DNA from: a virus
Strand: one strand, 5' to 3'
DNA: 35,687 bases
UHGV virus genome: UHGV-0257306
This document shows positions 26,209-35,489 of the stretch, one piece after another. The notes under the pieces were generated by a model, which saw only the letters and a program-made list of their open reading frames with translations, had not been told where the DNA came from and made no database searches. The translations under genes were made by a program, and so were the position numbers. How positions within the stretch are numbered: the stretch's first letter is position 1; every line of letters starts with the position of its first letter.

Positions 26209-29200
26209 TTATTCATCAATACCAGAGAGCCGCTTTCTTTCTTTGTTGGCATCCGAAATCTTACGCATGGCCTCAGCGTTCCGGCGGATCTTCTCAAGCT
26301 GCTCCGCTCTGAACCGCTCGAACGTCTCATCCGTGACGGCTCCGGCTTTATGAGCCCGGGCCTGACTACGGATTTTGCTGGCAATTTCAGAGCTTTCGGA
26401 TTTCAGTTTGAGAGCCTGCATCCTTGCCTCCTTGTTGTAGTCGACGTCCCTCACCTTTATGCCTACCGTGTTCAGCATGGCGTTGGACAGCGTGAACGCC
26501 TGACCGCTCCGACCTATGCCCGTGTAATCTCCCCATGGGGTTTTTACCGGGATCCCCGTGGCGTTAGCCGCGGCGTTAGCCAGTCGGTCGAAGTGGTAGC
26601 CGCCAATAGCCAGAGCCGGACTCGCCAGCCGGTAGAGATACCCGGCTCGCTTGTAAGCCTTCTCTCCTGCCGTGTCGGACTCCAGCGTCACCGGGTTGCC
26701 GCTGAAAGAGTCCACATTGGCAATCATGGCCATATAGGCGTTAAGCAGCGGGTGGCTCGGCATGATCGGCTCCAATACGCCTACACCGCCCATCTGGTTA
26801 GTGGCGTCTAGGAAATTGCCGCCCGGCAGAAAGTTCTGCATATTCCATAACCGCGGCATCCCTGTGGCGTCATCAATGCCTAACCGTACAGCCTTAGGAG
26901 TGAAGAAAGCAGAAGTCCCTCGTAAATACTCAGGCTTTAGCTTTTCCTCGTTCTCCTTCAGTTTCTGCCCTTTCTCCAGTTTCTCGAGCCAGCTGTCACC
27001 ATCGGCTCCTGCCGCCATGGCGTAGGTCACAGCCTGCATGGTATGGAGAGCGACTGCTGGCATGGCGAACCGCCACGGGTATTGTGCCGCCACAACCGGG
27101 AGAACAGTCATGGCTTTATAAGTCCACGCAAAGAACGGGATAGCCGTGTCACGTACAACCTTAGCGCCGCGGGGGAGATCGTCATAGGCAAAAATAAAAC
27201 GGTTGGCGTGGTCGACAGCGTCCTCTGGCGTGGCTCCCTTGTCCCGGGCGTAGTTGTACAGTGCCAGCTTAAACACCGTATCCTCAACCCCGTAAGCCTC
27301 TCGGAGTTTCCCTCTGAGCCCGAGGCTCATGAAGTTCCAAACAAAATCCGCTCCCTTCTTGATACCGCTGTCCGTTTTCCCCATTACCTCCTTGAACTCC
27401 GGCGGGAGCAGCTGAGCAATTTCCTCCTGAGTGAATGAGCCAGAGATGAGCCCGGCATCCATAGCCTCGTGGAGTCTGTCCGTATCGTGGTAGACATCCC
27501 GGAGAGCCCTAACGTAGCTCTGAGCGTTCCAGATAGGCACGCCGCCCAAGTGGCACATAATCAGGTTACCCACTACGTTATTAACGTGAGAGACCGGATT
27601 CAGAGCCGTTTTACCCTCTTTCCAATACGCCATGACCCCGCGGAGCGCTTTGGTTAAACCTTTGGGCGTGTCGGTCGTAGCCATGAGAGACGTGAGAATA
27701 TCGTCCCTCACCCACTTGCCAGCCAGTTCCCCGTAACGCTTAACGCCGCCAGTGCCCGGGATCTCCGTGTCCGGTACCTGACTCCATCCCTCGCTGGGAG
27801 ACGTGCGAGTCCATTCCGGGTTATTGGCGATCCCTCTGAATAGATGGCCGAGGCTGATGTCCTTAGCCATCTGCATGCCACCCACTACAAATCTGTAACT
27901 GGCGTCCTTAATCTCACCCATTTGGGCTCTCTCGGACGGAGTCCAGTCACGCCACACGGTTACCGTGGCCGGAACTTCTACCGGTCGGCCAGTGTCTTTA
28001 TTAAAGAGTCTGCCCTGCCTATCCGCGGCCTCCTTTCTCCATTCATAATTAGCGTCTCGGACTTTCCAACCTAACCTCATGAAGTCATCGAGCGACTCCG
28101 TCGGGATTTCCTTGAACAGGCCGCGAGCCTTCAGCGACCCGCCAGCAATACCTTGGTGAGGATTGCCGAGCCGGAACAGATTGCGGAAATAGTCGAACAT
28201 GTCACCCTTTCCGCCATCCTCATTCATCCAGAGCTCTTTACTGGAATAAAAACGAGGGAGGTACCGACCACGCCACCGGTTAGCGCTTTCTTTCGTAAGC
28301 ATCCCTAAATCCACGAGCTCAGTAGTCTGGGCCGTCATGACTTTAGAAATCTTATCCGCCAGCTCCAGAGCGGACTTTGGAGGGATGATGCCCGGCTTAA
28401 TGGTTTTCTCGATAATGTCGGAGATTAGCTCTCGATCCTCTGGCGGGAGTTTCTGGAGTTCCGTACCGATTACGCCAATAGTCCTCTGGGTTCGAGCTAT
28501 TTCAGCCTTCTGCTGCCTGAGCATTTTCCGGGCGTCAGCCTTCAGAGGCTTGAACGAGTACGCCGTCCGGAGCGGAGGGATAGCAGTTTGAAGAACGTCA
28601 TAGGCATAGTCAGCCGTGTGTGTGACCAGGTCGCGACCTAAAGCGAACGAGCGAGCCCCGAACTGGTCACGGTCTAGCCACTTGCTAGGACGCCAGTCAA
28701 TATCCCCGAAGTGAGCCCGGGCCTTCACGCCTAAGGTTTTCCCGGTACGTTTCGCGGCTCCGTTCAGGTCACTGATTAACTGAGAGACCTGAGCCGCCCG
28801 GCCATCCTTGCCAGCACGACGAGCCGCCGCGGCATCCTCAGCCGCGAACCGTGCCCGGCGCTTGGCGTCAGACTCCGCCGCCCCGGCAGCGTTTCGGAGA
28901 TTGGCATCAAGAGAGAGACTGTTCCCGGTATCCATCACGCCCGGCAACTGATCAGACGTCATTCTCATTTCCGGCGTACTTTCTCTCGAGTGGGCCTTGG
29001 TCGGCCGAATGTACGGCCGTTCTGTCGGGATCCCCTGCAGCTGCCCAGATCTGAGCCGCTGCTCTTTATTCAGCCTGGCACCACGCTTCCAGCCGGTCGG
29101 CATCCACTTAGGGCCAATCGGGGCCAGAGGATCCTGATTATCCTTACTGAAGAACCCGTTAGGCTTACCTCGGCGAGAGAGCATTACCTCCTCAGGACTT

Positions 29201-32200
29201 TCTGTCGCAGAACCGTTCTCCGCCACGTTCTTCACATTAGCCCTTGCAATTTCAACCAGATCATCAATGGAAAGCTGGAATCCAGAAGCATTCCCGATAT
29301 GCTTTGTGATCCACGTCTTCACCGCGAGAGCGAACTGCCGGAGGAAATTCCCGATCGGGCCCCGGTCTTCATACCCGAAGCCTGCGAGCTTTGCCTCTTC
29401 AACCAGATACGCTGTTGCTTCCTCCGCGGACGTTTCGCCCGCCTGATCCAGCCTGGCCTGTACTTTCTTACAGAGTGTCTGAATGCGGTCGTTTCCTTTC
29501 AGCTTCTGTCCGTTCTTCACAATCTGAACGGCCCGACGGAAGACCGGCTTCATGGAAGGATCGGCGCTCGCGTGAATGCCCACTTCATGCAGGAGAACCG
29601 CAGGAGCGGACTCGCGCGTCAGGTTGCTCGTGATGAGATAGGACTTCCCGGTCTTAGGGTCGTAGAGACCTTGGATCGCCCCATTGGAGGACTTTTTTGT
29701 GATTAGCTGATTTCTGACTTCTTCGGTATAATCAGTCTGCTCGTAGCGTTCCCCGAGCGCCGCGCCGAGTCGAGTTTCGGCTTCATTGCTCGATGAATCG
29801 GACCAAGGGGCCGGCGAAGCCGAATCGCTGGAATCAGGAATCCTGACCGCGCCTGATGCGCTTATGTAGTCCGAACCCCAGAGAGATCTGGGGTTTGTTT
29901 TTACTGGGCGCTCAGTGATAACAACAAATTCCCCGTTGGTAAAATACTTCCCATCCCTGTAATAAGTGACAAGTGCGGATCTACTCTTGCTTGAGTAGAA
30001 AACATAGGTGACATGTTTCCCGCCATCATCGACCCTGAATACATAAGATGCCGTCTTCAAAGTATCAACAGCATCCCGAAGTCCCGCCTCCGTTTTATTA
30101 ACGACAGTTCTGTAGTTGGTTCGGCCAGTAACCGCATGAAAGGTAAGGTGCTTTGCGCCCAGCCCTCTATGAGCGTCTTCTCCCTGTTTCCCTACAGTGA
30201 CAACCACAGCACCACTCGGGAAGCCGTTTTTACCCTTAAAGTCCACTGTGGCCAAACGCCCGTCGGAATTATTCCCGTTCGCTAAAGCGTCAGGGACAAC
30301 ATATCGTGTTTTCTTATTGATCTGAGACTTCAAGGCCTCCTGAATATTTCCCGGTAGATCCTCCTCAGACTGCACGATTTCTACGACACCGTTATCCCTC
30401 AGCCCATCGACAAGGTCGTCGCCGAACTCCGAGCGGAGGCTATCATCAACCTCCTCAACGGTAGCGCCTCTGGTCTTTGAAAAATCTGCTATATTTTCTT
30501 CAGGAAGGCTGCTTGCAGAGCGTTTCGGACGTTTGAGCGGGGGATTCCTCTTCGGAGGTCTTGCATCCAGTGCTGCGGGGGCTTTCTTATAGGCCGTGAG
30601 AAGCATGAGTTTCTTACGGCCTTTTCGTATCTCTTCCGCAAAAATACTTGTTCCATCAGGGAAGGCCTTTCTGAAGAGAAGGACGTTATTCCCTGAATTC
30701 CCAGACCTACCTACAGGCAAAATTTCGTCTGGCTGATTAACGACTTCAGGCAAACGGGAAAGATCCGAATCCGTTAAGGGGATTTGGTCTTCTCTTTCTT
30801 CCATCCTTTCGCTATGCCGATTAAGGATATGAGCGACAGAGGCATCGGTGAGGCTATGGACATAGCCCCGGACATCAAAGCCGAGTTTGCTGATACGCTC
30901 CGCCGTCTCTTCACTGACTGGCAGATAGTCTTCAAAGGAATCTCTGCCATGCGCGCTAGTGGATAATCCATCTCTTACCCTCTGGACGATTCGCTGGATC
31001 TTCTGCTTTGCGTCAGTAAACCGATCCCCAATAGAGAGTTTCAGCCCTTCTTGTCGGCCGCTTCCTTCGGATTCTGCCTGTCCGTCTGAGACTGGCTCTT
31101 CCCCGTTTGCTTCAGGCGCTCGATGGTCTCCCGGTCTTCCGGCGTCTCCTCCTCGTCGTTCAGCCACGTCTCGAACAGATGCTGCCCCTCCTTGCTGTTC
31201 CAGATCTTCTTTCCCGCTTCGCTGATTGGCATAGTTTTCCGTTTCCTTTGAAATTTCTTCCGCGAGCTGCTCGCGTGTCATCCGGGGCGCAGGCGCTTCT
31301 CCCGCTCTCGATAAGGAAAGCATATCAGGGGAAATATCCCGGTGGCTTTCCTCATAAGCTCGATCCAGAATACGGCTCAGGATTTCAATCACCCGCTTGT
31401 TGCTCCTCGGGTTCACCGCGAAAAGCTGCAGAACCCGATAGGCGTTAGGGTCCTCGTCCATATCAATTTGGCTTGCGGCCTCCCGAAGAGAGAGCCCCTG
31501 GCGTTTCGCATTCACCGCGGTCTTGGCCGCGTCGGAGATCATGGACCGGATATCCAGATCCCCGGTCCCTTCCAGCCTCGCCGCCTTAGAGGCAATCTGA
31601 GCGAGAGCCGACATCACAAGCCGCGCCTCTGGGTCGCTCGCCTGCGCATAGAGCCGCGTTAACTCCGGATCCTCATATCCTTTGGAGAAAACCGCGGCAT
31701 TCAGCCGGTCCACCGCCTGCCGGGTCGGAGCCCCGTTCCTGTCGATCAGTACCTGCTGCTCAGCCTCCGGCATGCTCTGCACGAAGCCCTCAACGGTTTC
31801 AATCGTCGGAGATCCATCTTCATTGAAGTGAAGATGTCCCAGATCCACGCGGGCGCTATCCGTCTCAGCCTGCTCGACCGCGCTAAGCGAGAGAGTCCCG
31901 GGCTGATTCGACAGATCGCCGATATTGCCCTTCACCAGTTTCCCCGGCATCAGCCGGACCAAAACCGGGGAACGCATCCCCTCAATGACTGTCGGATTGA
32001 CCCCAGTCAGTGCCGCGTCGCTGATCAGGCGCTGGCGATAGCCGGACGCCCTGCCTGCCCTATACGCGTAGCTAATACCTGTAATGCGGCCGTTACCGGC
32101 AATCGCTTTGATCCGCCCGTTCTTATCCGGGTAGGCTGGATTAACAGAGCCGTCTATCCCGTTACTCGTATCGATCGTGTCACTTTCAACAACGGCATAC

Positions 32201-34119
32201 TGGACTGGGATACGCGTCCCGTCCGCCGCCTTGACATAGTCAACGCGCCCGCGCTGCTCAGCCGGGACAGTACCAAACGAGACAACCGGAGCGCCATTGG
32301 CGAACTCACGGGAGAAACTCGTCCGCTCGTAATCCGGGTTAGAGGATATGTTCCTCATCTGGGTGACGGAGTTCGGGTTGTCTCTGTTCCGGTTCTGCAG
32401 GGATGAGGTATCTGTCTCTTCAGTGGGGGAGAGATCGATATCAGTGCCCGCCAGCTTACCCGTGGCCGGAGTGGTGGCCGTAGCCGCGAGAGTTCCGCTG
32501 GTAGCCGTTACGGCAGTCGGAGCCGCGGTTGTTATCGGAGTTGCAGTAGTCTCCGGAGTCGACGCCGCAGCCGTGACCGTAGGCGTAGGAGTGGCGGCTG
32601 GCACCGTGGCGGGATCGGTCTCCGGCAGGATGTCCTCTAATTCGAGAGCTGGATCCTGAACCTCAGAGGGATACTCCCCGGCGTTACGCCATGCCTCATC
32701 TATCGCTCCCGTTCCGGAGCTTTCGCCATTCCATTCCGGATCCTCAGCGGCCTCCGGCTCCGTGTAGGTGTCAGCCTCAGAGTATTCGCCCGGCTGAGCC
32801 TCAGCATGTTGAGTAATGGGGGCAGCCTGTTCCGGCTCCACGCCAGTGCCCTGCTGAGTGGCGGGAGTCTGAGCCGGGACTGTGTTCCGTTTCATCTCAG
32901 CCTCTAGATCTTTCAAGCCTTTATCTACAGACTGATTAACAGCCGCGAACCGGGCCTCCCTCTCTTCTGGAGTGGCCGCCTGCTGTGCGCTATGAACCTT
33001 ACCCGCTCGGGCGTGCTCAATGAGACGCCCGCCGCCGCCCGTGGCTCCACCCATTGCCGCGGCTGTGAGTGCTGACGTAACAAGGTCTTTACTCAGCTTG
33101 TTCGTGTCCACGTCTCTGCCGCTCGCAAGGTCGACAGAAACATCCTGTCCTGCAGTTTGCGGGAGTTCGTTAAGGACTTCATGCACGCCGCCCTTAGCGC
33201 TTTTGAACGTGAGATCCCGGGCAGTACTGAGAGCACGGGAGAGCGGAGCCTTAGTCGCGATCTGTGCCAGCGAGTCGTCCGCTCCCTTCTTAAAAGCCGC
33301 TTTATACAGGTCACCAATAGCGCCCTGGCCGGTCAGCTTGTTGCTGAGGTAGGTCACGCCGCCAGTGGCCGCCATGGCCAGGGCTTTGTGGAGTTTGTCC
33401 CCTTTGGTTTCCGTGTAGGCGTCAGCGCCATTAGAAACGGCATCAGTGAGGCCGGTGAGCCCCATGGCGATCTTGTACGGATTGACGACACGGGCGAGAG
33501 CCGGGGCCGCTTTGATGGCTACGTTAGCGCCGACGCCAGCACCCATCCCAACGGCTGGCAACGCCAGAGACGGGACGAGGGACTCGTTCACGGCTACAGC
33601 AATAGCGGACGGGTTGGAGATGTAAGCGCCAGCGAGATCGGCCGCTCCGGTTGTCGGATCCTTAGAGACTCGCTCCACAGCTGCGAGAGCGTCCTGAGTT
33701 CCTTGCGTGTACTTCTGGGCGAGCCGCTTGTTCTTTGCCTCAAGCCTATCAATTTCCGCCTGGTTAGCGTCACGGAAACCGTCTAAGCCAGCGAGATCCC
33801 CGATAACATAGCCGAGCTTATTCCCGGTACTCCGGAACTCATTAAAGCCTCGCTTAGTAGCGATACGAAAGTCACGGAGCCCTATGGCGTCGAGAGCCTT
33901 ACCCACTAAGCTGCTGGCTCCGGACGTGTCCGACCGCGGCACGTTGTAATTAATCTTCGTCCCGGCTGGCAGGACTCCGCCGCCGCTCGTCTCTTTCGGG
34001 GAAAAGTCAGCGCTGAGGAAATCAACCGCCGACTGTTTAGGCTGACGGGCTGGAGCCTTCGGAGTCTTTGGCGTGGTAGAAAAATCAAGCTTATCGAAAT
34101 CGTCTATCGAGATAGGCAT
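26209..34119 (-). CDS. Large polyvalent protein (2636 aa), probably ejected with the DNA
   Basis: DdrB/ParB-like region (LQNRNR...GAPVV...IAGNGR). PBECR-like nuclease (AHILNRH...LPEVVNQPD...LTAYKK). GLGAKHL domain. Zincin motif LLHEVGIH...EEATAY. C-terminal KTALNPVSHVNNVVGN...PFFAW region. Confidence 0.85.
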   Translation of the reverse strand: MPISIDDFDKLDFSTTPKTPKAPARQPKQSAVDFLSADFSPKETSGGGVLPAGTKINYNVPRSDTSGASSLVGKALDAIGLRDFRIATKRGFNEFRSTGNKLGYVIGDLAGLDGFRDANQAEIDRLEAKNKRLAQKYTQGTQDALAAVERVSKDPTTGAADLAGAYISNPSAIAVAVNESLVPSLALPAVGMGAGVGANVAIKAAPALARVVNPYKIAMGLTGLTDAVSNGADAYTETKGDKLHKALAMAATGGVTYLSNKLTGQGAIGDLYKAAFKKGADDSLAQIATKAPLSRALSTARDLTFKSAKGGVHEVLNELPQTAGQDVSVDLASGRDVDTNKLSKDLVTSALTAAAMGGATGGGGRLIEHARAGKVHSAQQAATPEEREARFAAVNQSVDKGLKDLEAEMKRNTVPAQTPATQQGTGVEPEQAAPITQHAEAQPGEYSEADTYTEPEAAEDPEWNGESSGTGAIDEAWRNAGEYPSEVQDPALELEDILPETDPATVPAATPTPTVTAAASTPETTATPITTAAPTAVTATSGTLAATATTPATGKLAGTDIDLSPTEETDTSSLQNRNRDNPNSVTQMRNISSNPDYERTSFSREFANGAPVVSFGTVPAEQRGRVDYVKAADGTRIPVQYAVVESDTIDTSNGIDGSVNPAYPDKNGRIKAIAGNGRITGISYAYRAGRASGYRQRLISDAALTGVNPTVIEGMRSPVLVRLMPGKLVKGNIGDLSNQPGTLSLSAVEQAETDSARVDLGHLHFNEDGSPTIETVEGFVQSMPEAEQQVLIDRNGAPTRQAVDRLNAAVFSKGYEDPELTRLYAQASDPEARLVMSALAQIASKAARLEGTGDLDIRSMISDAAKTAVNAKRQGLSLREAASQIDMDEDPNAYRVLQLFAVNPRSNKRVIEILSRILDRAYEESHRDISPDMLSLSRAGEAPAPRMTREQLAEEISKETENYANQRSGKEDLEQQGGAASVRDVAERRGGDAGRPGDHRAPEANGEEPVSDGQAESEGSGRQEGLKLSIGDRFTDAKQKIQRIVQRVRDGLSTSAHGRDSFEDYLPVSEETAERISKLGFDVRGYVHSLTDASVAHILNRHSERMEEREDQIPLTDSDLSRLPEVVNQPDEILPVGRSGNSGNNVLLFRKAFPDGTSIFAEEIRKGRKKLMLLTAYKKAPAALDARPPKRNPPLKRPKRSASSLPEENIADFSKTRGATVEEVDDSLRSEFGDDLVDGLRDNGVVEIVQSEEDLPGNIQEALKSQINKKTRYVVPDALANGNNSDGRLATVDFKGKNGFPSGAVVVTVGKQGEDAHRGLGAKHLTFHAVTGRTNYRTVVNKTEAGLRDAVDTLKTASYVFRVDDGGKHVTYVFYSSKSRSALVTYYRDGKYFTNGEFVVITERPVKTNPRSLWGSDYISASGAVRIPDSSDSASPAPWSDSSSNEAETRLGAALGERYEQTDYTEEVRNQLITKKSSNGAIQGLYDPKTGKSYLITSNLTRESAPAVLLHEVGIHASADPSMKPVFRRAVQIVKNGQKLKGNDRIQTLCKKVQARLDQAGETSAEEATAYLVEEAKLAGFGYEDRGPIGNFLRQFALAVKTWITKHIGNASGFQLSIDDLVEIARANVKNVAENGSATESPEEVMLSRRGKPNGFFSKDNQDPLAPIGPKWMPTGWKRGARLNKEQRLRSGQLQGIPTERPYIRPTKAHSRESTPEMRMTSDQLPGVMDTGNSLSLDANLRNAAGAAESDAKRRARFAAEDAAAARRAGKDGRAAQVSQLISDLNGAAKRTGKTLGVKARAHFGDIDWRPSKWLDRDQFGARSFALGRDLVTHTADYAYDVLQTAIPPLRTAYSFKPLKADARKMLRQQKAEIARTQRTIGVIGTELQKLPPEDRELISDIIEKTIKPGIIPPKSALELADKISKVMTAQTTELVDLGMLTKESANRWRGRYLPRFYSSKELWMNEDGGKGDMFDYFRNLFRLGNPHQGIAGGSLKARGLFKEIPTESLDDFMRLGWKVRDANYEWRKEAADRQGRLFNKDTGRPVEVPATVTVWRDWTPSERAQMGEIKDASYRFVVGGMQMAKDISLGHLFRGIANNPEWTRTSPSEGWSQVPDTEIPGTGGVKRYGELAGKWVRDDILTSLMATTDTPKGLTKALRGVMAYWKEGKTALNPVSHVNNVVGNLIMCHLGGVPIWNAQSYVRALRDVYHDTDRLHEAMDAGLISGSFTQEEIAQLLPPEFKEVMGKTDSGIKKGADFVWNFMSLGLRGKLREAYGVEDTVFKLALYNYARDKGATPEDAVDHANRFIFAYDDLPRGAKVVRDTAIPFFAWTYKAMTVLPVVAAQYPWRFAMPAVALHTMQAVTYAMAAGADGDSWLEKLEKGQKLKENEEKLKPEYLRGTSAFFTPKAVRLGIDDATGMPRLWNMQNFLPGGNFLDATNQMGGVGVLEPIMPSHPLLNAYMAMIANVDSFSGNPVTLESDTAGEKAYKRAGYLYRLASPALAIGGYHFDRLANAAANATGIPVKTPWGDYTGIGRSGQAFTLSNAMLNTVGIKVRDVDYNKEARMQALKLKSESSEIASKIRSQARAHKAGAVTDETFERFRAEQLEKIRRNAEAMRKISDANKERKRLSGIDE

Positions 34120-34149
34120 CAGCTAACCCTCTGTAATCGTTGCCTCTTA

Positions 34150-34187
34150 ATGATGGAGGGTTGAATGATTGCCACGGATAAATATTT
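34150..34187 (-). promoter_or_regulatory. Putative late promoter (polyvalent gene)
   Basis: AAATATTTATCC-N20-CATCAT. Confidence 0.55.
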
Positions 34188-34238
34188 TCTCGCCGCTAGA
34201 CCTTTTAAAAATATCCTGCTTCTTTGTATAGTTCTCTT

Positions 34239-34354
34239 GTACCTGTAGCGTGCAGAAGCGCAGAGCTTCAACTCTGTGCCATTTGCTTATCTCCTTGTAT
34301 GCCAAACATGAGATATTGAGAGACGGCAGTTTCCTCTGCCGCCTCTTTTTTTTT
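34239..34354 (+). ncRNA. Candidate small RNA (~115 nt)
   Basis: Promoter TTTAAA (34204)-17 nt-TATAGT (34227); hairpin GCGCAGAG/CTCTGTGC; anti-SD/anti-AUG segment; terminator CGGCAG/CTGCCG followed by T9. Confidence 0.5.
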
Positions 34355-34355
34355 G

Positions 34356-35465
34356 CTAAATATTTAAGTTCGTCATCGCTATCTCAAGTGCCCTGCGCTG
34401 ATCGCCAGGAGCCGCCGTAAGCTTCCCACGTGAAAGCGTCGACGATGTAATCGGCTGTGGTGATCGAGCCGGACGGTTCCTAATTGCGATGTTGTCATAC
34501 AGGAACGAGAGAGCCGCCTGCCACTGACTCGGCGGCTGAGAAATAATAGAGTTCATGTGAGCCGGATCCTTTAACCACTGCTGTATAGCTTTCATCTTCG
34601 GCTCATAGTCCAACTCTTTAGACTTCGACCGCCCAAACTGGATTATCTGCAGACGGGCCCCCTCAATCGCCTGAGCCTGTGCCTGCTGGTTCTGCTGCTG
34701 GAACTGCTCAGCCTGCAGCCGAGCCTGCCGTTCCTCCTGTATCTTGCGGGCCCGATAGATTTCTAATGCGCCTTCCTCAGTGAGCTCTAGGGAGTTAACC
34801 TTTTCACGGAGATCCGGGGCTCCGGCAAGAACATCAACGCCAGCCACCGGCTCACCAATTTCCCGGGCGATATTCTCCCGGACTTTATCAATCATCTGGA
34901 GAGCCTGGCGCTTGTCCTCGAAGCTGTCGGACGACATGAGACGCCCGAACTGCAGAACGACGCCAAAGCTTTCCTCATCGTAGCCAGCGCCCTGCACCTG
35001 AGTGAGGTACGTACGAGCCGCATCAATCGCCTGCTTACGCTCATCGAGCAGTGTCTGAATGCGAGCACGGGAGCGAGGGTTCTTAATGCCAGCGAGGAGC
35101 TGGCTGTCGGGATCAGTGCCCGGCGCCGCGGCTGACTGCTCAGCCTCAACCGTCTCCGAATCCGTGGCGTCCTCCTTAGCCTCAGGAATGGCGTCAGGCT
35201 TTCCGACTTTGCCAGCCTCGGGAACGTAGGAACCGCCCTGGCCTTCAGCCGCCGGGCCTTCAGTCAGAGAGTCCAGCATGTTCTCGATAGCTGAGGGCTC
35301 AGAGCCAGAAGACCCAGAGGACTCCGGAGCCGAGCTCTCGGAGCCAGACTCTGAAGGCTCAGGAGCCGGAGCCTCAGTGGTCTCCGCCGGTGCCGGATCG
35401 GTGGAGGGTTCAGAGGCCGGAGCCTCAGAACCAGAGGACTGGATAGCGTTTTCAAGGTCAGACAT
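34356..35465 (-). CDS. Putative capsid scaffolding protein
   Basis: Acidic low-complexity N-terminus followed by coiled coil; directly after the portal gene; RBS AGGAG. Confidence 0.65.
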   Translation of the reverse strand: MSDLENAIQSSGSEAPASEPSTDPAPAETTEAPAPEPSESGSESSAPESSGSSGSEPSAIENMLDSLTEGPAAEGQGGSYVPEAGKVGKPDAIPEAKEDATDSETVEAEQSAAAPGTDPDSQLLAGIKNPRSRARIQTLLDERKQAIDAARTYLTQVQGAGYDEESFGVVLQFGRLMSSDSFEDKRQALQMIDKVRENIAREIGEPVAGVDVLAGAPDLREKVNSLELTEEGALEIYRARKIQEERQARLQAEQFQQQNQQAQAQAIEGARLQIIQFGRSKSKELDYEPKMKAIQQWLKDPAHMNSIISQPPSQWQAALSFLYDNIAIRNRPARSPQPITSSTLSRGKLTAAPGDQRRALEIAMTNLNI

Positions 35466-35489
35466 ATATACCTCTCCTGTTTATGGGTG

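Noticed and set aside
29693..30330. Intein in the polyvalent protein
   Set aside because: No terminal His-Asn followed by C/S/T, and no LAGLIDADG-like blocks.
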